Counted from the first letter of the stretch, positions 35,191 to 43,752 are shown. The stretch: 64,000 bases of DNA from Anaerolineales bacterium (GCA_045888315.1 JBGCVQ010000125.1:23480-87479); one strand, 5' to 3'. Notes: a model not told the origin generated them from the sequence alone. A program made the numbers and translations.

Positions 35191-36258
35191 ATGACCTATA
35201 AAGTAAAAGGCTACCATGCACTGACCAGCGTTAAAAGGGAACGGGTACTTTCAGTACCTGGCAATGTTCTGGTCAGGCGCATGCAGAAGGTCTCTCCCAC
35301 GGACGTGATCGTTGTCGCGCCTATGGCACCGGAATATCTGCTTCTGGATATTGCCAGGGGGTTGAACGTCACGCCAGAGCGAGCTGATGAACTCCTGCAG
35401 CGAGGGGCCGGTGAGGACCTGGCCAAGGGTGACGTCATTGCCGGTCCTGTGGGTATGCTCCAGCGGGTGATCCGCGCTCCCCAGAATGGTTTGATCAAGA
35501 TCGCTGGAGAAGGAAAAGTCCTCTTTGAGATCACCTCAGCTCCTTATGAACTCCAGGCTGGGATGGACGGCATGGTCACCAATGTCATCCCGGAGCGGGG
35601 CGCGATCATCGAGTCGCGGGGAGCTTTGATCCAGGGAGTTTGGGGCAACGGCAAGATCACCTACGGGGTCCTCCAGCAAGTCAGCAACGACCTGCTTCAA
35701 GAGCTGATCCCCGAACAAATGAACATCAGCTTCCGAGGGACCATCATCACCGCCGGATTTGTCAGGAATCCCGAGGTGCTGGAGGTCGCTGGCAGCATCC
35801 CCATCAAGGGTATGATCTTGGGAAGTATGTCATCTGCCCTGATCCCGGCCGCTAAAAGAGCAGACTACCCGATCATGCTCGTTGACGGGTTCGGATCCTT
35901 CCCCATGAATCGGGCTGCCCAAAGCATCCTGACCGCCAACAAGGACAAGAACGTCGCCCTGAACGCTCAAAAATATGACTCTTTCCAGGGAAATTATCCT
36001 GAAGTGATCATCTCTCAATCCACCACAAAGGATCTGGCAGATCCCAAGGAAACAGAAACACTCAGAGTAGGAAAACAGGTTATCATAATAAATGGGCCCT
36101 TGACCGCGCGGATCGGGAAAATCGAAAGCATTCTTCCCGAGAAAAGGACTCTGCCCAGTGGGATCACCACTGCGGTGGCAGAGGTGAGTCTCAGCAGCGA
36201 GGAAAGGACCGAGGTGCCTCTCACCAATCTGGAAATTATCACGACCCATGACAGCTGA
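35191..36258 (+). CDS. hypothetical soluble protein with a lipoyl/hybrid-barrel-like N-terminal region and a KOW-like C-terminal motif
   Basis: KGDVIAGPVGMLQRVIRAPQNGLIKI is barrel-sandwich-like. VGKQVIIINGPLTARIGKIESI is KOW-like. Confidence 0.55.
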   Translation: MTYKVKGYHALTSVKRERVLSVPGNVLVRRMQKVSPTDVIVVAPMAPEYLLLDIARGLNVTPERADELLQRGAGEDLAKGDVIAGPVGMLQRVIRAPQNGLIKIAGEGKVLFEITSAPYELQAGMDGMVTNVIPERGAIIESRGALIQGVWGNGKITYGVLQQVSNDLLQELIPEQMNISFRGTIITAGFVRNPEVLEVAGSIPIKGMILGSMSSALIPAAKRADYPIMLVDGFGSFPMNRAAQSILTANKDKNVALNAQKYDSFQGNYPEVIISQSTTKDLADPKETETLRVGKQVIIINGPLTARIGKIESILPEKRTLPSGITTAVAEVSLSSEERTEVPLTNLEIITTHDS

Positions 36259-36296
36259 GAGCCATCGGCTGACAGGTACATCGAGGAGAGACAATT

Positions 36297-36887
36297 ATGG
36301 GCATGAATGACTTTGACGATCTGGAATTCGAAGAGGTTGGCGGCGAAGATTCCATATCCACCAGCAGAGGGTCTAATCGGACCTTCCTGATCGTGGCTGG
36401 GATCCTGGGAGGCATCCTGCTGATCGCTTTGCTGGCAATTGCTGCTTATGCCGTGCTGGTCCTTCCCGGACGCGAACCCGGAGCACAGACCCAGGCAGCA
36501 GAGATCATCGCCACCAATACTGCGATCGCGGAACAAGCACAGCTGACAGCCATCGCCAAACAGGTGACCATGACGCCCACCTCCACCGCGACCCTTCCGC
36601 CATCCAACACGCCAACCCTCACCCCCAGCAACACAGCCACCCCGGTGCTGGCCCCTACCAATACCCCCACGCCATCAGACGGGACTCCAGACCCGGCCGC
36701 TACAGAAACGGTGGCCGCCTTGCTGACTCAGCAGGCAGGAGGGGACGCGACCCTGGTTCCCACGGCTACCGCGCTGCCGGACACTGGCTTTGCGGATGAT
36801 TTTGGCGTACCGGGATTGGTGCTGATAGCTGCCGTACTGGTAGTGATCATCATCCTCAGCCGGCGTTTACGGACCTCTACAACCTGA
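36297..36887 (+). CDS. LPXTG-type cell-wall sorting-signal protein with an N-terminal TM anchor and a Pro/Thr-rich stalk
   Basis: LPDTG (36774-36788), then the hydrophobic VPGLVLIAAVLVVIIIL and the basic tail SRRLR. N-terminal TM FLIVAGILGGILLIALLAIAAYAVLVL. A GAGGAGAG SD is present. Confidence 0.75.
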   Translation: MGMNDFDDLEFEEVGGEDSISTSRGSNRTFLIVAGILGGILLIALLAIAAYAVLVLPGREPGAQTQAAEIIATNTAIAEQAQLTAIAKQVTMTPTSTATLPPSNTPTLTPSNTATPVLAPTNTPTPSDGTPDPAATETVAALLTQQAGGDATLVPTATALPDTGFADDFGVPGLVLIAAVLVVIIILSRRLRTSTT

Positions 36888-36927
36888 TCAAGGACCTAAA
36901 CGGTCCTGGCAGTCTTCCGCAAATAAA

Positions 36928-36964
36928 ACAACCACAGCAGCTCCTCTCTTCCTGCTGTGGTTGT
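36928..36964. terminator. bidirectional terminator between the operon and the phosphohexomutase gene
   Basis: A 13-bp perfect stem, ACAACCACAGCAG (36928-36940) with CTGCTGTGGTTGT (36952-36964). It is flanked by AAATAAAA and CCTTTT. Confidence 0.75.
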
Positions 36965-36989
36965 CCTTTTAAAGGCACTGGTCCCCGAC

Positions 36990-38450
36990 TCAGGTAATGC
37001 TTTCTGCTACCTGCTCCCCAAAGCCCAGGAGGGCTTTGACAAGATCGCTGCTTCTTCCTTCCGCATAGAGCCGCAGGACTGGCTCAGTACCGGAGGGCCG
37101 GATCAGCAGCCAAGAATCATCAGCCAGAATATACTTCACCCCATCGATCGTCAGCACTTCGCTTACTTTCACTCCACCGATCTGGTCTGGCTGGTTGTCC
37201 AGCAGATACTTGACCATGCTCTCCTTCTGAATGGGGTATTTCAAGCGCTGGTCTTTGCGCTCATAGAAGGCTGGGCCGACCTCCTCCAGCAGATCGCTGA
37301 CCAGCTCATGCAGGGGCTTTCCGGTCACAGCGACGATCTCGATCAGCAGCAAACCCATCAGCACACCATCCCCTTCGGGGATGTTCCCCTGGATCGAGAT
37401 CCCTCCCGATTCCTCTCCCCCGATCAGCACATTCTCGGCAATCATGTGGTCAGCAATGTGGTTGAAGCCAACTGGTGTCTCATAGACCTGCAAGCCGTAT
37501 TTGGCCGCCAGGCGGTCGATCATCTTCGTCGTGGAGACTGTCCGTACCACAGGGCCGCTCAAACCCCGCTTCTCGACCAGGTAGCGCAGTGCCAGGGCCA
37601 TGATCTTATGAGGATCGACGAAATTCCCGCGCTCATCCATGGCACCGATGCGGTCTCCATCGCCATCCAAGGCCAAGCCCAGGTTGCCCATGCCAGTGCT
37701 GATCGCCCCAGCCAGCGGTCCCAGCTGGGAGCCAATTGGTTCAGGGTGGACTCCTCCAAAGCCAGGATTCATCTCCCCCCGGATCTCAGTCACCTCGCAG
37801 CCCGTTCCGGTAAGAATGCCCTTGATCATGCCCCTCCCTGAACCGTGCATGGAATCCACCACCACCCGGGGTGGGTTCGCGGCGATGGCATCAAAATCGA
37901 TCAAGGTCCGGAGATGTTGATAGTAATCAGGCACCGGGTTGAACCTGACGATCAGCCCTTGCTCCACAGCCTGGTCCCATTCCATCAAGTTGGGTCCGCG
38001 GCCGCGCTCCTGGTTGTCATTCAGGTAGATCTCCACCCTCTGCGATTGCTCCGGGGAAGCGGAACAGCCGTTGGCAGCTTTCAATTTCACCCCATTGTAG
38101 CGAGGGGCGTTGTGGGAGGCAGTGATGACGATTCCCGCAATAGCATTCAGATTCTTGACTGCATAGGAAATCGAGGGAGTAGAGGCATCAGCCTGGGCGA
38201 TATAAACCGTGTAACCGTTGGCCGCCATCACTCGCGCAGCGTCCCTGGCGTAGCGGTCTGACAGAAAACGCGTATCAAACCCGACTACGATGCGGTTGGG
38301 GTCCGGTTCCAGCTCCCCGTTCTGCTGGTTAGCCCAATGACCGGAGTGGATCGAATCAGCAATCGCCTGGGTCACCAGGCGGAGATTGTGAAATGTAAAT
38401 GTGTCTGAGATCACCGCGCGCCAGCCATCTGTGCCAAAATTGATGGGCAT
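36990..38450 (-). CDS. phosphoglucomutase/phosphomannomutase-family phosphohexomutase
   Basis: Active-site TASHNAPRYNG and Mg-binding DGDGDR. Confidence 0.9.
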   Translation of the reverse strand: MPINFGTDGWRAVISDTFTFHNLRLVTQAIADSIHSGHWANQQNGELEPDPNRIVVGFDTRFLSDRYARDAARVMAANGYTVYIAQADASTPSISYAVKNLNAIAGIVITASHNAPRYNGVKLKAANGCSASPEQSQRVEIYLNDNQERGRGPNLMEWDQAVEQGLIVRFNPVPDYYQHLRTLIDFDAIAANPPRVVVDSMHGSGRGMIKGILTGTGCEVTEIRGEMNPGFGGVHPEPIGSQLGPLAGAISTGMGNLGLALDGDGDRIGAMDERGNFVDPHKIMALALRYLVEKRGLSGPVVRTVSTTKMIDRLAAKYGLQVYETPVGFNHIADHMIAENVLIGGEESGGISIQGNIPEGDGVLMGLLLIEIVAVTGKPLHELVSDLLEEVGPAFYERKDQRLKYPIQKESMVKYLLDNQPDQIGGVKVSEVLTIDGVKYILADDSWLLIRPSGTEPVLRLYAEGRSSDLVKALLGFGEQVAESIT

Positions 38451-38490
38451 ACTTCTTGCTCCTGATTGAATGGTTAGGTCAGTGTATCCT

Positions 38491-38507
38491 ATTCTATCAT
38501 TGATAGA
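38491..38507 (-). promoter_or_regulatory. extended -10 promoter of the phosphohexomutase gene overlapped by a tetO-like palindrome
   Basis: On the minus strand, TGaTAGAAT occupies 38491-38499. The perfect inverted repeat is TCTATCA-t-TGATAGA (38493-38507). Confidence 0.45.
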
Positions 38508-38584
38508 GGCTTTTATCGCTGGAGAGGGTCACCTGGAGGTTTGGAACGTCACGCCCCTGGGAGGCCGATCGAGACCCTTTCTTG

Positions 38585-38593
38585 TGTTAAAAT
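38585..38593 (+). promoter_or_regulatory. extended -10 promoter element for the cNMP-domain gene
   Basis: TGtTAAAAT. The predicted +1 is about 38600, 4-5 nt before ATG 38605. Confidence 0.4.
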
Positions 38594-38604
38594 GACCCAT
38601 AGAC

Positions 38605-40248
38605 ATGACCATGGAAACTACTGCTGTTTTCGCATTCTTGCACGATCATATCCTCTTTAAATACCTGGCTGAGGAGGACCTTGGCAAGATCTTGCCTCTC
38701 TTTAAGCCGATCTCGCTTGAGGAAGGCGAGGTGCTTTACCGGGCGGGTTTTCCCGGGCGCAATTTCTTCCTGGTTGTTTCTGGAAAGATCCTTCTGGAGG
38801 ATGAGTCCGGCACCAAGATCGTCATCAATGAGCAGGGCCACTTCGGCAACCAGGACTTGAACAGGGACGGGGTACGGCGCGATACGGCGCGGGCACTGGA
38901 GAAAACCACCCTGCTGGCGGTCAATAAACGGGGTTTCAGCGCCATCATCGCCGCTTATCCTTCGGTGAAATCTCGCCTGGCTGCCATGCAAACCAGCGCC
39001 CGGATCTTCCAAACCAACGACTTTGCCTGGATCAGGGATGAAGAGGTGGTGCGGTTCATCGACCGCAAACACGCTAATGTGCTCTATACCCAGTTGACGC
39101 TGCCGATCCTGTTCCTGATCCTATCCGGGGTTGGAGCAGTGCTGCTGCGATTCAATGTCGGGGTCTTCCTGATCATCACTGTCTTGATCGCTATCCTGTG
39201 GGGCATCTGGCTCTGGCTGGATTGGAAGAACGATTTCTACCTGGTCACCAGCGAGCGGGCAGCCTGGATCGAAAAGGTCATCTGGCTTCACGACCAGCGC
39301 AGGGAGGTCCCCCTCCAGTCCATACTATCGGTCAATATCGCCTCCACCCAGCTCCAGCGCATGTTCGGATACGGTGATGTCATTATCCGCACTTACACAG
39401 GGAACATTCCCATGCGCAATACCTCCCACCCTGAGCTGCTGGTGGATATGATCGCCGACGGCCAGGAGCGAGCCAGGGCCCTGGCCCGCCAGGTGGACCG
39501 CCAGGGGATCACCCAGGCTATCCGCGACCGGTTGGGAACGGTGGGTGAAGCCAACCCTCTTGGAGACCAGGAAGATTTCACGGATCTGATCATGGAAGGC
39601 GGTCCCCAGATCACCGAGACTATCACGCCTCTGCAGGAATTCCTGAATCTGTTCCGGGCGCGCTATGAGCTCAATGGCGTCATCACCTACCGCAAGCATG
39701 TATTCATCCTGCTGCGGAACTCCTGGTGGCTGTGGTTCCTGTTCCTGGCTTCCCTGGTCGCCCTGTTTGCTCGTATGGTCAACCTCATCAACTGGCCTGG
39801 GTTGGGAGCCCTGGCGCTGACAGTGGGGCTTTCAGTCCTGGGCTTGGCGTATGCGTTTGCCGATTGGGCCAATGACCTTTTCCAGATCACTGACAAACAG
39901 GTTATCGACCTCGACCGCAAGCCTTTCGGCCGGGAAACGAAACGGTCCGCCCTGCTTGAAAATATTCTCAGCCTCGACTACCGCCGCGAGAACATCATCC
40001 AGCGCGCCTTTGACTTCGGGACTGTTGCCATCAACGTAGGGGATATACAGCTGGATTTTGAATATGTGGCTCAACCTATTGCAGTCCAGAACGAGATCTT
40101 TGAACGCTATAATGCCGTCATCAAGGAAAAAGAGCTGGAGGAAGCCCGCCGACGTAGGGATGATATGGTAGAATTTCTTGCGGCTTATCACCAAGAAAAC
40201 CAGCCTGACGATACCCCACTAGACGGGGAGGAAACCCAGGCGCTGTAA
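38605..40248 (+). CDS. cyclic-nucleotide-binding domain protein fused to a YdbT-like membrane/bPH module
   Basis: The N-terminal CAP_ED-like region has FGNQDL...RRDTARA. Pairs of TM helices are each followed by PH-like segments (DFYLVTSERAAWIEK, DLFQITDKQVIDLDRKPFGRE). Confidence 0.65.
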   Translation: MTMETTAVFAFLHDHILFKYLAEEDLGKILPLFKPISLEEGEVLYRAGFPGRNFFLVVSGKILLEDESGTKIVINEQGHFGNQDLNRDGVRRDTARALEKTTLLAVNKRGFSAIIAAYPSVKSRLAAMQTSARIFQTNDFAWIRDEEVVRFIDRKHANVLYTQLTLPILFLILSGVGAVLLRFNVGVFLIITVLIAILWGIWLWLDWKNDFYLVTSERAAWIEKVIWLHDQRREVPLQSILSVNIASTQLQRMFGYGDVIIRTYTGNIPMRNTSHPELLVDMIADGQERARALARQVDRQGITQAIRDRLGTVGEANPLGDQEDFTDLIMEGGPQITETITPLQEFLNLFRARYELNGVITYRKHVFILLRNSWWLWFLFLASLVALFARMVNLINWPGLGALALTVGLSVLGLAYAFADWANDLFQITDKQVIDLDRKPFGRETKRSALLENILSLDYRRENIIQRAFDFGTVAINVGDIQLDFEYVAQPIAVQNEIFERYNAVIKEKELEEARRRRDDMVEFLAAYHQENQPDDTPLDGEETQAL

Positions 40249-40267
40249 GAAAGGAAATATCAGTTTC

Positions 40268-40768
40268 ATGCCCGCTCGAGAAGTGATCCTTATCCCTCAT
40301 CCCACCCTGCGCAAGGAAGCCGCTGTGGTGGATGATTTTGGACCGGATACCCAGCAGCTGATCGACGATATGATCGAGACTCTGCACGAAAAGTCCGGTG
40401 CTGGCCTGGCTGCCCCGCAGGTCAATGTCTCCCAGCAGGTCATCCTGGTGGAATTCGGCAGTGAGGAGGAAGAGGAGATTCCCCCCACTCTCTATGTGAC
40501 CATTAATCCCAAGATCACCCGCTTTTCCCCTGAAACGGTCATGGGAGCCGAGGGCTGTCTTTCCATCCCCCGCTTGATGGGAGAAGTGGAGCGTGCCCAG
40601 GAGATCGTTGTGGAAGGCCTGGACCGCCACGGGAAACCCGTCAAGATGAAGCTGCGAGGTTGGCTGGCCCGGATCTTCCAGCATGAGATCGATCACCTCA
40701 ATGGAATTCTCTATACTGACCGGACCACGGACGTCTGGGAAACGGACGAGAACTACAACCCGGTCTAG
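40268..40768 (+). CDS. def: peptide deformylase
   Basis: GAGLAAPQV, EGCLSIP and QHEIDHLNG motifs. Confidence 0.95.
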   Translation: MPAREVILIPHPTLRKEAAVVDDFGPDTQQLIDDMIETLHEKSGAGLAAPQVNVSQQVILVEFGSEEEEEIPPTLYVTINPKITRFSPETVMGAEGCLSIPRLMGEVERAQEIVVEGLDRHGKPVKMKLRGWLARIFQHEIDHLNGILYTDRTTDVWETDENYNPV

Positions 40769-40773
40769 GCTGC

Positions 40774-41973
40774 ATGTTTCTCACACACCTCTCCCTGACC
40801 GATTTTAGGATATTCTCCCGATTTGATCAGGACCTTACCCGCAACGCATTGATCCTGGTGGGCGATAACGCCCAGGGAAAGACTACCCTGTTGGAAGCGG
40901 TCTATTATCTATCAGCCCTGGATTCCTTCCAGGCATCCAACACAGTGGATCTGATCAATTTCACAGCTCTCCAGAAAGATCTCGCCGTCGGCAGGATCGT
41001 GGCTGATTTCACCAGAAAGGACGGGGATCATCATCTGGAGATCCGCCTGATCCGGGATATCGCTTCCAACGGCAATCAATTAACCCGCAAGGAAGTCCTC
41101 CTGGATGGGACGCAACGCAAGATCAATGATGTGATCGGCCAGTTCAACGCGGTAATGTTCCTGCCCCATATGCTGCAGATCCTGACCGGATCGCCTCAGG
41201 AACGCCGGCGCTACCTGGATATGACTATCTCGCAGGTGGACCACCAATATGCGGATACCCTGTCTGAGTACAATAAAGCCCTGATGCAGCGCAACGCCCT
41301 TCTCAAACAGCTGGCCGAAAGGTCGAACGGTGGTGATCAATTATCCTATTGGGACGAAATGCTTACTCGGTCCGGATCCTATTTGATGCACTCACGCATC
41401 CTCGCAGTCCAGGAGCTGGAAAGCCAGGCAGCCTCCATCCACCAGGAACTGACCCGGGGGACAGAGATCCTGCGCATGAGTTATCAGCCCTCCTACGACC
41501 CGCAACCAAATCCTCCCGGCCAGATCGAACTGCCGCTGGACAGCTCCCGTGACCTATCCAATATCTCCCTGGAAGAATTACGGGATGGTTTCAGGGAGAA
41601 GACCCTGGCCCGGAGAGAAGAGGATATCGCCCGCGGTGTGACCACGCTTGGTCCCCATCGCGATGATCTACGCTTCCTGAGCAACGCGGTTGACCTGGGT
41701 AATTTTGGATCGCGGGGTCAGCTGCGTACGACCCTGCTGTCCATCAAACTGGCTGAAGTCAATTGGCTGAAGGATCGCAACGGCGAGTGGCCAGTGCTGC
41801 TGCTCGATGAAGTGCTGGCAGAACTGGATGACACGCGCCGCCAGGATCTGCTGGAAAGGCTCTCGCGAACCGAACAAGCGCTGCTCACCACAACGGATCT
41901 CGATCTGTTCTCGGAGGGTTTCAGGAAATCCTCCGGCTTATGGAAGATCGACCAGGGAGAACTGGTCAGCTAG
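40774..41973 (+). CDS. recF: DNA replication and repair protein RecF
   Basis: Walker A GDNAQGKTTLLEA, signature-like GSRGQLRT and Walker B LLLDEVLAELD. Confidence 0.95.
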   Translation: MFLTHLSLTDFRIFSRFDQDLTRNALILVGDNAQGKTTLLEAVYYLSALDSFQASNTVDLINFTALQKDLAVGRIVADFTRKDGDHHLEIRLIRDIASNGNQLTRKEVLLDGTQRKINDVIGQFNAVMFLPHMLQILTGSPQERRRYLDMTISQVDHQYADTLSEYNKALMQRNALLKQLAERSNGGDQLSYWDEMLTRSGSYLMHSRILAVQELESQAASIHQELTRGTEILRMSYQPSYDPQPNPPGQIELPLDSSRDLSNISLEELRDGFREKTLARREEDIARGVTTLGPHRDDLRFLSNAVDLGNFGSRGQLRTTLLSIKLAEVNWLKDRNGEWPVLLLDEVLAELDDTRRQDLLERLSRTEQALLTTTDLDLFSEGFRKSSGLWKIDQGELVS

Positions 41974-42684
41974 TCAGAGGGGTTTTTTCCCGGGAACCCC
42001 GACTCGACGGGGGTACTTATCCGGGGTAGTCGCCTTTTTAGCAATCGTGATCAGGAATCTCTCTTCGGTGACCCCCGGCAAAGTGACCTTCCTTACCCCC
42101 TGCAGTTCCCCTCCCAGCAGACCCACAGCCTTGCCAGCTTTCTGCGCCTCAAATGGACCCTGATCCCCCTTCATCGCCAGCATTTTCCCGCCAATCCTCA
42201 CCAACGGCAGCAGGTATTCTGCCAGGGTGGACAGCTGGGCAACAGCCCTGGCAACACCCCAGTCGAACTGCTCCCGATAGCGGCTGTCCCGCCCCAGGTG
42301 TTCCACACGGTCATGCACCACATCGATCCCTTTGAGATCAAGATGGTCAATGATATGCCGGCAGAAATCGGTCTTTTTATGGACCGAGTCGACAAGCAGG
42401 ACTTCCGTTTCAGGCAGGATGATTTTCAAGGGAATGCCGGGAAAACCCGCGCCGGTGCCAATATCGATCAGGCGATTAAGGGGAGTGTTCTTCATCACCA
42501 GCAGCGAACTGAAAGAGTCCAAGAAGTGCTTGGTGCGGATCTGTTGAGACTCGTCAATTGCGGTCAGACTTATGCGCTGATTCCAGATCTGCAGCTCCTT
42601 TTCGTATTCCCCCAGGAGTGCGATCTGCTGGGGAGAAAGGGTAAGCCCGACCAATGATCTGGTTTGATCCACTAGCTGTTTCAT
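41974..42684 (-). CDS. rsmG: 16S rRNA (guanine527-N7)-methyltransferase
   Basis: SAM motif DIGTGAGFPGIPLKI with GidB-like length and layout. Its stop codon abuts the recF stop with no gap. Confidence 0.9.
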   Translation of the reverse strand: MKQLVDQTRSLVGLTLSPQQIALLGEYEKELQIWNQRISLTAIDESQQIRTKHFLDSFSSLLVMKNTPLNRLIDIGTGAGFPGIPLKIILPETEVLLVDSVHKKTDFCRHIIDHLDLKGIDVVHDRVEHLGRDSRYREQFDWGVARAVAQLSTLAEYLLPLVRIGGKMLAMKGDQGPFEAQKAGKAVGLLGGELQGVRKVTLPGVTEERFLITIAKKATTPDKYPRRVGVPGKKPL

Positions 42685-42754
42685 GTGGGGCTATTATATA
42701 CCAGAGTTGCCTGGAGAGCGCTTGATTCCCGGATCGCCTGAGCAGACCCTGTTA

Positions 42755-42791
42755 CAAAACAGCCTGGCTTCCCATTGGAAAGCCAGGCTGT
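42755..42791 (-). terminator. intrinsic terminator after the DUF4349-like gene
   Basis: A 12-bp perfect stem, ACAGCCTGGCTT (42759-42770) with AAGCCAGGCTGT (42780-42791). The minus-strand 3' flank is TTTGTAAC. Confidence 0.65.
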
Positions 42792-42813
42792 TGGGTTGCG
42801 TAAGTGGCGCTGT

Positions 42814-43752
42814 TTATCCTTCCTTGCTCTTGGCTGCTTTTCTGCGAGCTCTGCGCTCTTTTCTGCGTTCATTGAGGGTCTTGATCCCCTTCCAGAGCCA
42901 GCGAGCCGGGAAGTACAGGATGGCTGCCACTGGCAGCATATAGAGGGCGATCCAGATCAGGATATTGGCCAGGGTCTTCAAGGTATTGATCAAAGCCTGG
43001 ATGGCTTTCTTGGCTACTCCCACAGGCTGCCAGTTGCCGATCTTGAGCGGCTGGACTGCCTCATTGGCCTGGATATAGACAGAAATGGAAGACATCGCGG
43101 CAGAGCGCTCATAATAAAGCATCTGACCCTTGATGACCTCGATCTGCTCCCTGACTTCCACCAGCCGGTTGTAGACGGTGAGCACATCATCCGTCTGCCT
43201 GGCCTGCTCCATGATATCCGCTAACTGCGCCTCGGCCCGTTCCAGGTTGCGCAGCCGGGAATCCAGATCGGTGTATTCCTGGGTGACATCCTGTCCTGAG
43301 ACATTCTCACTCAGTACCTGGCCAGCGCCGGATTTGATCACTTCTAAGGCCTGATCGAGTTTATCAGCTGGAACGCGGAGAGTGATATTCGCCTGGGGCA
43401 CTTCTAAGCCGCCCTCCGTCTGGGTCCGGTACAAGTTGGAAGTGACCACATATCCACCCAGATCCTCCGCCAGGGAAGTGATAGCCTGCATGGTCGCTCC
43501 CGGGTCCTCTACGACGATCGACAGGGAAGCATCCTTGATGACCATCCTGATCTGAGCCTCGCTGACTGCAAGTTCCTGATCGTAAGAAACGGCTGACTCT
43601 TGCGGGGCGTAATCCATCTCACCTGCGTAGTTGGACACCGCTCTTCCGTCCCACGGAGCCGGTGCCATGCTCTCGACTTCAGCGCTTTTTCCAGCAGCAC
43701 AGGACGCCAACAACAGGGCTGCCAGGGCAAGGACAATCAATTGTTTTCTCAT
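42814..43752 (-). CDS. DUF4349-like lipoprotein with a C-terminal TM helix
   Basis: Start at ATG 43752 (MRKQLIVLALAALLLASC, lipobox LASC), preceded by GGAGA. It has a coiled-coil middle region and a C-terminal membrane anchor. Confidence 0.7.
   Translation of the reverse strand: MRKQLIVLALAALLLASCAAGKSAEVESMAPAPWDGRAVSNYAGEMDYAPQESAVSYDQELAVSEAQIRMVIKDASLSIVVEDPGATMQAITSLAEDLGGYVVTSNLYRTQTEGGLEVPQANITLRVPADKLDQALEVIKSGAGQVLSENVSGQDVTQEYTDLDSRLRNLERAEAQLADIMEQARQTDDVLTVYNRLVEVREQIEVIKGQMLYYERSAAMSSISVYIQANEAVQPLKIGNWQPVGVAKKAIQALINTLKTLANILIWIALYMLPVAAILYFPARWLWKGIKTLNERRKERRARRKAAKSKEG

Noticed and set aside
40268-42813. Possible replication origin near recF/rsmG
   Set aside because: There is no dnaA or dnaN gene, no sizeable AT-rich intergenic region and no cluster of TTATCCACA-like boxes that I could see by eye. 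The only TTATCCAC I noticed is far outside this region, inside the PfkB gene at 59292-59299.
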